Positions 37,547-49,831 of a DNA stretch of 64,000 nt are shown one piece after another. The position numbers and the translations under genes were made by a program. The first letter of the stretch is position 1. The number at the start of each line of letters is the position of its first letter. The stretch is taken from NCBI GenBank assembly GCA_028534125.1, contig CM052816.1, forward strand, positions 95,730,001 to 95,794,000. The letters are read 5' to 3'. The DNA is from Lama glama. Its lineage: Eukaryota. Under the pieces are notes generated by a model. It searched no databases and was not told where the DNA came from. It saw only the letters and a list, made by a program, of their open reading frames with translations.

Positions 37547-40228
37547 GCTTTTGTCTCTATCCAGTAACTCTTTGAGCATCCTAGTGCTCTTAATAGTTAC
37601 AACTTCCCTCCCTGGACAAAGCCACAGGTGCACCACACAGCAGCCTTGTGGTCTCACACCTGTTGCTCATGTCATCTCCCCCATCTCTAGCACCTGCTCT
37701 TCTGAGCCCCCTGTTTCTGCTGGTGTGTGGGCTCTGGTTTGACTTGTACTTCAACTGTACCTCTCTGTCCTGATCTCTGAAGGCTGTTCTTTTCTGGGTT
37801 ACTTGGACAGTTCTGGAGCTGAAGGGAGAATTCCTGCCACTCAGGACAGGACCTCTCAGCTGGGGTTTAGTAGACCAGGTTTCTGTCTTTCCAGCAGGAC
37901 GCTGAAGCAGAAATTAGTGGCGGGGAGATGGGGGGCGATCACTGTCCTTCCTTGTGATTGAAAGCAGAAAAGAGATACATCTGGATTCTAAGTTCAACAA
38001 TTATATTGGAGTTAATTCGTCATCAGGTGGAGGTTTTTATTTTAAATCACATAAACTATTTTGGAGGATGAGAAATGTCCTTGTCTATGATCTCAGAGGT
38101 AGGATAAAATCTCAGTGTCCTGAGATGTTCTCAGAGGAAGGACCACGTGGTGTGTCTGAATCCCTCCTCTGTTCCATGATTCTTGTCTCTGTGTTACCCA
38201 CTTGAAATGGAATGACATTTTTTGTTTGTTTGTTTTTAGTAAGAATTATCAGACCTATGACTTAATAAAACAAGAGCTTTTAATGCCTTTGGTTATTCAA
38301 AATTTTTGTTTCAGAGCTTTTGCAGAAATGTTGGCCTCTGACTAAACAATCATTACTTTGCAGTAATTTCTCTCCCTAGCAATGTAACGTTACATTTGCT
38401 GGCTCCCCTTCTGACATAAATCCATTTATTTCAAATTCTCAACACAGTTGAGGTGCTTTATCAGTAGCTAATTATCACTCACACTGTGCAGAAACACATT
38501 TCCTCTGTGTTCATGACAGAGCACTTTATAATCTTAGGCTCACAGTGAGTGTTCCTACAGAGAAGGATCCATTCACCAAATAGAGGTAATAAAGCTATTC
38601 TCTACTAACCTGAAGTAATATAAAAGGCTATACCTTATTTGGGGGTTTTGTTGTTATCAAGTGTGATGTTTCAAGGTTAATACATCATCTTTCTGATTTA
38701 CAGCAGTTTGGGGGTATGAATATATAATAAAGCCTAATTTACTGCATTTAATTAAGGATGGACGGCTGTTTCCTATGGTGTGGAATTCAACTGTACCATT
38801 CAGCGTTATCTCTTGCCCATCTCTACATGACTCTAAAGGTTAGACACGCACATGTTTTTTAGCTTCAAGCACAGAATGATGAGGACGTGAAACAAATCAG
38901 GAAGCTCCCAAAGAACATTAGCATTTAAGAGATGGTGAGAAGAGGAGACTTCGAAGGAATCTGAGAGTTTGGTGGCAAGAAAATCAAGGACTGTGTTCCA
39001 TGAAAGTAAAAAAAGGAGGATGTTTCCAAAAGAAGGGAAAAGTCAAAAGATGCCTAGAGGACAAGTAAGGTTAAGGCTAAAATGTGTCTCTTAATTAAAA
39101 AAAGAATTTTAAGTATATGTACAGGATCACTGGAAAAAAGCAAACTGATGTGTAGCTATAAAGAAATATCTTGTGCAGGTTAAAAAAATGCTAACCTCTA
39201 TAATATATTAACTGAAAATTCTACTAATTAGTAAAGTTAACTTTGCAAGAGTAAGAGATATTTTTATTTCTTAGGTTCATATTGGTAAAAACAAACAGTG
39301 GGAGAATAAAAAAGAAACCAATGAAATAGTTACCTATTGAGACATTTCAGTGTGTTATTTTTCACCTTAACTTTTGAATCATATAGGTATTAGCAAATTT
39401 TAAAGCAAATTGAAATAGATATAGTGGTATATCAAATTCGTGACAGAGAAAGGATTTATCTCAAATGACTTTATAGAACTAAATGTAAATCTTTAGTATC
39501 ATGCATCTAAAAATTAAAAAGAAATTAAAAATTATGAAAATTGGAAACGTCATTCAGTGGTTTTATTAGTAGTAGTAATATTAGTATCATTATTTAAAAT
39601 GTATATATGTGGTAAGATAAAGCTAAGAACACTGTAATGGTAAAATTACATTAAAAATATCTTATATATTCATAATTTTAAAATTACATTTTCTATTTCT
39701 CACCAACCACTGATAATGATGTAGAAACAATATCACCTCAGTTGTAATGAGCACCCCTAACAATCAGATCTTGGTCTTTAATACCATTCACTCCATAAGG
39801 AATCATGGCCCCTTAGAGAAATGACTTATTTTAAGCCAAGAAAGGTACAAGCTGAGACTGGAACAGCTTGTGATGCCAGACAACAAGGACATTTTTTCAG
39901 ATTAATGGGCAAAAAGACATAAGATTAAACTAGAAGGTGCTTCCATTGGCCAAAATCATAACAATTTGAGCATAAAAGTGATTTTAGTTGAATTCTACAG
40001 AGTGTGTGAAAATCCATGCAGCTATAACAATATTTTTGTGGGAGGGGGTGGAAAAATCCTATTTCTTCTATATAAAGAGCACAGTTACACATACAGTACA
40101 TAAACACACATTCAGCAGTTTGAAACCTGTAGGATTCAATTTTCAGGAGGGCAATCGATTAGGGGAAAATGTCTAAAGAGGGAATGATGGTGATAAAAGG
40201 AAAAATGTTAAGAAATGCTGTGACATAC

Positions 40229-41513
40229 TTCCTAAGTGGCCTCCTCTCAAGAAATGTCACTTTTTTTTACTCTCCTACCAACAGAGGGAGACTTGTTTCC
40301 TTTCTATTATTAAGTCCTGCAATCTGGAAAAATGGAGACTCTGTCTTTGTTCAAGTCTTTTTTCTTTTCACGGTGATGTTTTGTAGTTAGTTTTGAAAAA
40401 CATAAGTTCCATACTTTTCTTGTTCTGTTCTTCCAAGTTCATATTTCTTGGGGGGTGGAGGAGATGCTTTCATTTTGAGAGAGGAGTCCCCTTTTAGCCT
40501 GTTTATGGCTGTCTACTTTCTACAGTAGCAAAGGCATTCATCCCCCCTTGCAACGGTAACTTTGCCATAGTATCTTGCATTCTTGGCAGTCCTATTCAAC
40601 CATCTCCCATTTATTATCAGATTCTTGTTTTCTTATCTCAGTTCATTTCTGCCTTATGGATATTCTGCAGGTGTTTCCAAGTAGTCAGACCTTGCCATCC
40701 TTTGAAGTTGCCAAAATGATGGCTGCAGAATTTGTCTATCCAATGCAAAACATTCATCAAAGATCTGTCCCTCCACTGGCCTTTCAGATTTGAAGTAGTG
40801 TTTTCATTGATATTCAACATCAAACAAGGAAACATCTGTTCCAATAGAGTGCTTGTGAAAAGAGAAAGCAAGCAGAGGTGGTCTTGTGTCTTCTCTCTGC
40901 CCACTTGTGGGGTGAATGGATCCCTCCTTGAATCTAGTTGGAAGAGGGGTGCTGTTGATGTGCAGGGCTCCTGCTAGGATTCCCATTCTCTAAATGTTTC
41001 CTAACATACATTGGTTTTCCCGAAAGACACCCTGAAGCTACAATTCTCAGCTTGCTGCTGTCAAGACGCTCTGTCCCTGCCCCCGGAAACATCATCAACC
41101 AGAAAGCACCAAGATTCTGCTAGCATCTTCCTCCTTACTTCCTGCTAAGCTGTGCCCTGGAATTTGTATGTTTGTGTAGATGTTGACAACAGCAAGAGAG
41201 CATAGGGATGTTGGTGGGAAGTGAAGCCCGCTCATCTGCCAGTGCTTCAGGTGTGGTCTGGGATTGTGGGGTGGAATGCAAATTAGTTCAGACAGATGTT
41301 TGAGGGGTAGAAAATGTCTTTTTCTTTTTGTTCTTTTGTTTTTATTTTTAGAATGAATTTGTTTTAAAGAGTTTGAAGTTGCCATGAACTGAAACCTGGG
41401 TGGGTTTATCTTAGTCAAACTCTTTGTGCTACCTGCGGTCATTTCCCTCAAAGCTGAGGAATCAGTTTGTCTCTCTGTCAGTCTTAGTTTTAAGTGCTGT
41501 GAGTTTTTCTGCT
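40229..41513 (-). pseudogene. Large fossil exon (1285 bp)
   Basis: Strong acceptor ccttctaccttctcccttcaatacccacAG| and donor gaa|GTATGT. First ~138 codons open (part of ORF 41095-41637); the same frame resumes as HYFKSERPVEGQIFDECFALDRQILQP. Phase 1-2. Confidence 0.7.
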
Positions 41514-43035
41514 CTGTGGGTATTGAAGGGAGAAGGTAGAAGGAGCTAGACACTGTTTCAAGGTGAAAAGGATTATGTGATCTTGGTAACCAACCTTTCT
41601 GATGGTCCTGTATTACTTTATTAAGCTGATGTACCATAGTTGACTTTGTGATTTACCACTGTTGATCATTTAATGTGTTTCCCAATATCTACTATTATAA
41701 ATAGTTCTACAGTAAATATCTTTATGCAAACTTTCTATAGACTGTGAACATAGGTAGATGTTCTGATATAGCCTGGTTACAGCAGGGATTTCTTCTTGTT
41801 CTATGGTTTCTGTTTCTTCTTCCATAGAAATTCAGCCCCCACCGTTCAGTCTGGAGCAGAGGTTGTGTCTTCTAGTCCTCCCTTCTGGTGATTTCCTTTC
41901 CACGTGACTAAGTCCTGATGAATGGGTTGTGAGTGCAACTGAAATGTGCAAATTCCAGGAAATTTTTCTTTAAAGGAAAGGAATCTCTGCTTCTTCGTTC
42001 CCCTTCTTCCAGGGTTTCTGTCTGGGATGTGATGGCTGGAGACCCACCCAGTTCTAACTTAACACTGTGAAGTTGAGTAATGGCAATGTGGTGAGGTTGG
42101 AAAAGCGAAAACCCTTATGGTTTCATGTCAATGCTGAGCTCCTTACTGACAACAAATACATTTCTATCTGAAGTATTCTTTGGGGGTAGGGGTCTTTGTA
42201 ACTTGCAGTAGTATGTAGTTTTACAGTATACCTGGAGTAACATGAAGCTACTAGATTTTAATGAGTGAATAGTAGATGGCAAGAGAAAATAGAGATCCTG
42301 GAAAGATAGGACTGTGCCTATAAGCTTGTCTCCTTCAGACTTTTTTTCCTCTCTGATTAACCTGGCTTGTAGGATCTGCTTAAATGCACCTCAGGCTGGC
42401 ATGCTGCACCCACCCACGCCTGTTGGTCCACTGCTTGAAACATTGATGGAGCAGATATAATTATTCCCCTTTCTTACATAATAAAACTAAACTTGTCCAA
42501 ACTAGGACACTTGCTAAAATAACAGGTTTTTGCATTAAATCCCCGATTTTTTGACTCAATGTCTGAGAATGGAACCCAATGAGAAGTATTTTTAATAAGT
42601 TTACTGACAAATTCTGATGTGCAGTGATACCTGAGGACTTCTGCCCAGTTCTTTATTTTGAGGTAATTGCTGTTTTCCTGGTTACTTGCTCTCACCCTAT
42701 AAAATTAAGCCATATGAAATGGATCTGGAGAAACATGGGACTTGACCTGCTGATCTCATCTTTGAGGGTTGCTGAATTCAAGCATGTAAATAGCCCTTTG
42801 CTTTAAGAACCAGAAACTCAGCACCTTCCCTTGACCTAGACTCATTGCGACGTCTCTGAGACCCCCTTGGCCATCCCTAGACCTTCCTCAGCTATTGTCA
42901 TCTAAGGTTACATGGGGGCTATAGCCTTCCTTCCTGTCGAATGAAGCTTACTTCTATCTACCTGAAAGTAACTGAGGAGCTCTAAAGGAAAGGGAGGGAC
43001 ACGGTGATGAGGGACACAGATGCATCTCAACTCAC

Positions 43036-43208
43036 CTGGGGATGTTTTCTCCAGTGAGAACTCTCTCTCTTTGAATAATACATGGCTTTGAAGTCATTTA
43101 AATCATCGTGTTCCTTGTGTCCCTCGAGGAACATTGGCCCCGTGAGCTGAGAGCTCTCCAGTATTTTCTTTCCTTGTGTTTACAATTTTGGGGTCTCTAC
43201 TGCTAGGG
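43036..43208 (-). pseudogene. Fossil exon (173 bp), acceptor abutting an MLT1 LTR
   Basis: Perfect donor CAG|GTGAGT. Phase 2-1; PSSRDPKIVNTRKENTGELSAHGANV..EREFSLEKTSP, 2 stops. Confidence 0.65.
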
Positions 43209-43211
43209 CTG

Positions 43212-43620
43212 TGTGGTGGCTTGCTTCAAAAAGCAGCCACAGTTGCTCCCCTCCCTGAATCCCATGCCTCTGTATGGGGTTCCTCCTATCCAGAGGGGCA
43301 GCCTGTCTCCCCACTGCTGGGGTCATGAGAATGTGGAGGAAGTGGTCTGTGCTGGTTCAGAAGCTCAGCTCAAGAGGCTTGCAAGCTTCGCTTGTCCTGT
43401 TGGGAGCCAGCTGCCCTGTGTGAACATGCCCAGGCTAGCCGGCTGGATGAAGGGGGAGATGTGGCCCAGTCATTGCAATCCATCAGCTCACAGCCAGCCG
43501 ACCCACCTGGCCTGTGGCTGAACGTGGACTCTGAGTGAGCCCGGCTGAGCCACAGCCCAAAGGGCTGACCTGCAACAATCATGGGCATAAACTGTTGTCA
43601 TTTTCAGCCACTAAATTTGG
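43212..43620 (+). mobile_element. MLT1 (F/G/H-like) MaLR LTR, 3'-truncated
   Basis: tgtggtggcttgcttcaaaaagcagccac..gcccaggctagcc..ttttcagccactaaatttgg. Confidence 0.8.
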
Positions 43621-43685
43621 CAAAAGCCAGCTGTCAGAGGCACCGACATGGCCACAGAACAAAAAGAGTCTCAGGATGACCGCAC

Positions 43686-43935
43686 CTCTGCAGGGGTCGT
43701 CTTGCAAAAGCCTCTAACTGAGTAAGGGAGGTCATTTCCTGTCCTCATGGGGCGAAATGTCTTCCCTGACCGTCTCTTCTTGGTATAGCCAAGGTGTCTG
43801 CTTGTACAATGCAGTTTGACTCAGACAAGGTCTTAGTGTGGGTACGGTGGCTTTGGGAATTCTACCGCCTCTGCTGGTCGTCCCGAGCCTGCAGTGTCTG
43901 TCCCTCATCTTCCATCTTTTGGCTGGAAGGAGCCA
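43686..43935 (-). pseudogene. Fossil exon (250 bp)
   Basis: ctcttcccccgcaatcAG| acceptor and gag|GTGCGG donor. Phase 1-2; APSSQKMEDEGQTLQARDDQQRR*NSQSHRTHTKTLSESN.., 2 stops. Confidence 0.65.
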
Positions 43936-45394
43936 CTGATTGCGGGGGAAGAGCCCAGGTAACTCAGTCTTCTCCGCTCCCTCCTTCCTCCTCCTTCTTC
44001 AGGTATAATTCACATACAGCAGGACTCACCTCTTAACAGTGTAATGTTCAGTGATTCAGTCACAAGGTTGCACAGCTATCTAATTCTATAGCATTTCCAT
44101 CACGCCCAAAAGAAACCCAATACCCCACTACTGACGTCTTAAACTTTTTTTTTAGTTTGCAGAGTTTCAGAGATTAAATTTTTTCTACATCAGTTCTTAC
44201 TTTGCCACCAGAAAATGTGGACATTTATGAATCATGCAGGATTTTCATTAAAAAGTGAAAGTTTTTCAAGGAAAGCAGGAAGGTTTTTCTTTCAAATTGA
44301 AGAAATAAAGAAATAAAAGCAAAGCAAAAATTTAAAACATAAGTGTGTGTAAAATAGGAAGTAAAATCCACTCTTTGTCCCATCTCCATGGAGACAACTG
44401 CTATTTTTAGTTTTAAAGTTTTTTAGTTTAATATTTTTCTCAGTGAAGAAGATGTTGTTACAAATATTAATGTTCATCTACACATTTCTTTGGCTTGTGA
44501 CATGTGGGTTTGAAACTAAATTTTTTTATATTCTGCTTAATTTTGTGGACCTTAGAGTCTTATTAAAGATTTGACTCACATCAAGTGCCATATGTAGGGA
44601 AACATTTTGCAGGTAATAAAAAGATTAGTAAGTTGGGAAAGATTAAATATAATTGAAATGTTTTATTATAAAACATTAACTATATATTGCAGAAAATTTA
44701 GAAACTACAAAAAATAAAACAAAAACAACCTTCAATCAGACTCACCTTAAATTCGCCACTGTTACCCTCTTGTGTTTAATTTAAACATTTATTTTGCATA
44801 TTTTAATTTAAACTTTGAGCATTGTGATGTGCTTGGTAGAAAATTATATTTAAACATGCATAAATGATCAATTCTATTATTATTAAAGTCATAAACCGCT
44901 TTGATATTTCATGGTTCTTGTGCGTATATGTGGATACCTTATACTAAAAACTTCAGCAGGCTAGGAGGACTTGACGATTAGAATGCCTCTGTAGTAATGC
45001 TGCTTTTCATCACGCCGAGTAATGAAATGTTTCTCCCTGAGATAAGTTATTTCCCACTATTTCTGATGAGCGTGTCTGATGAATGGTAGCATGGCACTAC
45101 CCTGAGAAATGTCTGCAGAAAAAAGCAATAGATTTTTCAATGTGTGCTCATCCACGCGTCAAAGGCTGTTTTTTATTATTGGGGTTTTATATTGTGTTTT
45201 AGTTTTGCCCCTCTCCCGATCATTGTTTCAGGTTTATTTCAGTTCTTAAAACCTTGTTTTGACAACAGAATGTTTGAGATTTTCACTGTCTTTGAAAGAC
45301 AAAGAGCCAAAAGATGAATTGTAATTGATTATCCTGCGTAGTTATTTTATGAGCAGATTAACATTGTATACTATCTTTTCAAAAATAATGTGCT

Positions 45395-45705
45395 ATAGCC
45401 GTAGAAAACAGACTGATGGCTGCCAAGGGGAAAAGAAAGAGAGAAGGGCTAAATTGGGAATTTGAGGTTTGCAGATACTAACGACTGTATATAAAACAAA
45501 CAGACAACAAGTTTCTACTGTACAGCACAGAGAACTATATTCAATATCTTGTAGTGACCTATAAATGAAACAGAATATGAAAAGGAACATACATATATGG
45601 ATGACAGAAACATTAGTCTGTACACCGGAAACTGACACAATATTGTAAACTGACTAGACTTCAATTCAAAAAAACTTCAAAACTTCAAAAAAGAAAAAAA
45701 GAAAA
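45395..45705 (+). mobile_element. L1 3' end (camelid/artiodactyl-type)
   Basis: ..ggaaactgacacaatattgtaaactgactagacttcaat followed by an A-rich tail. Confidence 0.9.
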
Positions 45706-48700
45706 GGCATGTGTTGGATTGAGGAAGAATAACATATTCATAATTGATCACGTTGAAAAGGGGGTAAGAAAACAATCAAAACAGAATGTTGGTGACAGTT
45801 GATAGACTGTATATCACAGAATATTCAGTCTTTAATGGATGCTCAGGATTTTGTTTTACAATAAAGACATATACTCCTTGAGAGAGGAAACTGACATCTT
45901 GATAAATTTATGTCTTTTGACACATAAGAGTTAACCTCACAATCAGTTCAAAATGGAGTCTCTCTACGTGTCCGGGCTGTTGACAAGTGGGAACATGCAC
46001 ATCTATTAAAAAAGGATAAAAATGCCAGTTTCTCTGATGGGTGCATTTCAGGAACATTAATGACCCTAAGAGGGTGACCACTTCTCATGTGTGTAATTTC
46101 AAGGGAAGTGGAATTACAGTGTCCTGAGAAATAAAGATAGTTTTGCTTTAGCTTGAGTTTACTGAACAGTGAAAAATTCCGGAACAAATACACGGCATGT
46201 TCATTTTGTGGAGTTTACTAACTAGTTTACAAATGTAACCCAATGATATGCTAAAAATATATGTGGGCTGTTGAGTATGTTTATGCTCGTGTTTGTTTTA
46301 TTAAAATCTTTTTTTTTCCCCAGGGATCAGAATTTAGGCATCAAACAGACCTCTTGAGTGGTTAGTATTTGCTGTGGATCCTTTGCTATCCTTGGCAGTT
46401 TGCATGTGTAGCAGAAGGAATTCCTTGTCTAAATCCTTGTGCAGAGCTTTCTCTCTCCTTTTTGTAAGACATCTTGGCTTTTCACCATTAAATAAAGCAC
46501 AGGTTATAGATATATTTAATTGCATATACATAAAGGAGAGAGAGACAGAGAGAGGTCGCTTACACCAATTGTCAGTCTGAGCTCAAGGCTTCAGACACGG
46601 AATTTGTTTCTCTGTGCATCTCACCCCTACTTCTGGCGCTTCCCTTCCACCCTGTAAAATCTCTGGATTACACTGCATGGTTACCCCAGTCTGCTCTTCA
46701 TCTCCAGTGTCAAGGAATCTGATGTACTACTTTGATCAGTTACAACCTTCTTTCCCTTTTGTCTTTAAGGGAAGTTTATTTGGAAGGCTTTTAGAAAGCT
46801 TAATTACATTTCCTTTTATCCATCTCAAAATGAATTAAATAGCATTTCGTTTACATTGCCCATGTGTTCGCCATTCTGCCTTGCCTCTTCCAACACGCCA
46901 CCGGAGACAGAGAAGGAGAGACACTGCATTAAGTTGTATATTTCATGCAGAAATTTCAAAATGTCCTGACAGACTGCGGAAATAAATGCTAAACAATAAC
47001 AGTGTTTACATTCAGTAATGAGATGATTTATTAGTAAATTAGTAAGACTTTGCTTTCTCTGATTTGCAAATGAGAAAACAAAGTCAGAGGAAGGATATTT
47101 TCTTTTCTCAAGGTCACATGCTCTTTCTCCAACAGAGCCAGAGAAAGAAGAACAATTTTTCCTCATTTTACCTTCTGCTTAGTCCATTGAGCCACTAAAT
47201 GGATCATCTAACACAACATTGTAAATAGACTATACTTCAATTTAAAAAAATTGTCAATAAGATGCCATTTTTCTAAAACAAAATACACGTATATACACAT
47301 ATATGTATATATGTACCCCCAGTAAAAATACAGAAAAAATATTTCAAAATGTTAGCAGTGAGTATCTTGGAAAGTAGAATTATGTGTAATTTTCTTTATT
47401 TTGGTTTATCTGCGTTTTCTATAGTAAACATATGGTTCTCTTGTGTTTCTAAAAACTTTATTTTCTTAAAAATTGATTCAGAGAATTAGAGGGTACTCAT
47501 TCTTTCCCTCTGTAATCAAACTTCAGTTAATAAAACTCATGAGAGGGCAAAAAATTTTTTAAAAATGGACGACAGAGAAGGTAAGTTATGTCATTGTTGA
47601 ACAATTTGAATATATTCATGGTGCCCTTCATTCTGGAGTAAAAGTGAATGTAAGACTGACTGATTAGTCTGCATTTGTAGACAAATGCTCCCGTGGTTTT
47701 TAACTATTATCTGGCATGCAGAATGGATCCCCTGTTTGAACTTTCATAGAATACTTGCACGAGAGGAAGGTTCAGGAACATGGAATGTGTCATAAGGAAA
47801 ACTCTGAAGCAACCGGTACTTGATGTTCACAATTTTTACTCGATATTCCAGCTTAGATAAAAGAAAATTCTTGTCATGGGGTTTCCTTAAAGTAAGATAG
47901 AATTTAATTAGCATTTTGTGCTAGTATTTGGCGAGGAGGGGAGCCTTTTTTTTCCCTCTTACTTCTTTTGGTTAAGAAAAGTCAGGTGCCTGGGTATCAA
48001 TTAGCAGCAAATCTGCATTGTAACCTTGACATTTTGAAAAGGCCGGAAAGGTCTAGTCAAATTCCATTGTCACTGGATTCTATTGCATGAAGAAGTCCCT
48101 TTCATTTCGAAGGGGATTTTGCTTCAAGGCAAAAGATGGAAGAGGGAAGGTAGGTGAGTATTTTGGGAAAGCGCTTTACTTGTCGTGATGATGGCTGAGT
48201 CACATTCAGTTGTGCCTAGGTTGAAAAGAAAAGGAGAATTGTGCAGTGGCAGGCTTGTATTTCGGAAAGCATTTTGAACTTGAAAACCAGACTGAAGTGA
48301 AATAAAGGGAATATTGTGTTTGAGGAAATAAGAAGAAAAAATCTTAGAAGAGATGTTTTGAGTGATTTACAAATTGGGGAGAAGTGAGGTGGACAATGAG
48401 GCCAAGTTGATGAGATCAATGAAATTGGAGGTTTAGGAGGCAGGAATGGATATGGCGGGATGCACTTTAAATTCTATAAATATGGGATAATGTGTAATTA
48501 TGATGAGAGGCCAAGGGTAATTCATTGTCAAGCTTTCTTTGAAAGTCACATGTGAGTCAATAAATACAGCTAACCATGGCCTGTATACATGATGTATCAG
48601 TTAGGATCTATATAGGTTAAGCTGCTGTAACAAAGTGACCCAAAACATAGTGGCTTAGAAAAGATAGATTCTCTCCTGTACCAGTCTAGAGAGGAGCAGT

Positions 48701-48868
48701 CTAGGGTGCTCCATTAACAGAAATCTGGGTCTGCCAAATCCATGGGGTTTCCACTCTGGATCAAAGATGTCTGCTACAGATGTAGCCATCTGCAGGCCAG
48801 TAGGGTTGGAAATGGGCCAGAAAGTTCATCCATATCTCCTTCTAGGGTCATGACCTAGAAGTGGTACC

Positions 48869-49222
48869 TGCATTAGTTTGCTACGGCTGCTTAAAAAAAG
48901 TACCAGAGTAGGTGATTTAAATGAGAGAAATTTATTGTCTCTCAGGTCTGGAGACCAGAAGTCCAAAATCAAGGTGTTGGCTTGGTTAATTCCTTCTTAG
49001 GGCTGTGGAGAAAAGATCTGTTCCAGGTCTTTCTTTTTGGCTTATAGATGGCCGTCTTCTCTTATATCTCTCTGTGCATTTCTCAGTGTCCAAATTTCCT
49101 CTTTTTAAAGACACAGGTCATATTGGATAAGGACCTATTCTAATGTTGTAAATTTAACTTGATTACCTCTATAATGACCCTAATTCTGACTGAGGTCACA
49201 TTCTGAGATACTGGGGATTCAG
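48869..49222 (-). mobile_element. MLT1 (B/C-like) LTR
   Basis: gaaatttattgtctctcaggtctggagaccagaagtccaaaatcaaggtg..ggtcacattctgagatactgggg. Confidence 0.85.
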
Positions 49223-49262
49223 TTTAGGGGTGAAGGATGCTCATTTCATGACCAGACTCAAC

Positions 49263-49831
49263 TTCCTGGGTTTATGAGTGAGGTTTTTTAAGACAGGGAG
49301 ACATCAACATAGTCATGGGATGGGAACCAGACATAGTCCTAAGGCATGACAGGGAACCTTTTTGCTGGTGAGAAAACAGGTAAGGTGTTAGTATAGAAAG
49401 AGAGGACTTCTCTCTGGTAGGGGCAGAGATGAAGGGAAGCCATCCACGTGCACATAGTAGGAAGTTCTTCCTTGAGAGAAGGCTGGATGGTCGTCAGACA
49501 AGGCTCAGCTCTTGCCGACCCAATCCCCAGGGCGCTCAAGCAAAGCATCTTGCTCTGGTCCTCTGATGGGTCCACTGTCAATATTTCCTTGTCTTCTCCA
49601 TTATCAGCGGTTTCTCAGATATCAGCTCCTCCCTTCTTTGGGATGCCTCTGGTAGCAATCTCTCCACTGCGTCCTCACCCCTCCATCAGTTCCTATGCTT
49701 CCTCATCCCACACTTTCTTTATACTCTGTACACCCAGAAATCTACTCTCTTCTTCCTCTTCATGGTCCATTAAGCTTAGAGCTCAAGCAAATGGAAGTAT
49801 AGTTTGCTTGTCCTTGGAGAACTTCCAGCAT
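49263..49831 (-). pseudogene. Fossil exon (569 bp)
   Basis: Acceptor ttcccCTAACttcctgcAG|. A single frame of ~189 codons has 6 stops and no frameshift (LMDHEEEEESRFLGVQSIKKVWDEEA*..SFYTNTLPVFSPAKRFPVMP*DYVWFP). Donor degenerate (GTTGAGT). Confidence 0.7.

Noticed and set aside
46324..46360. Plus-strand exon after a (T)nCCCCAG acceptor-like tract
   Set aside because: No convincing frame or partner exons.
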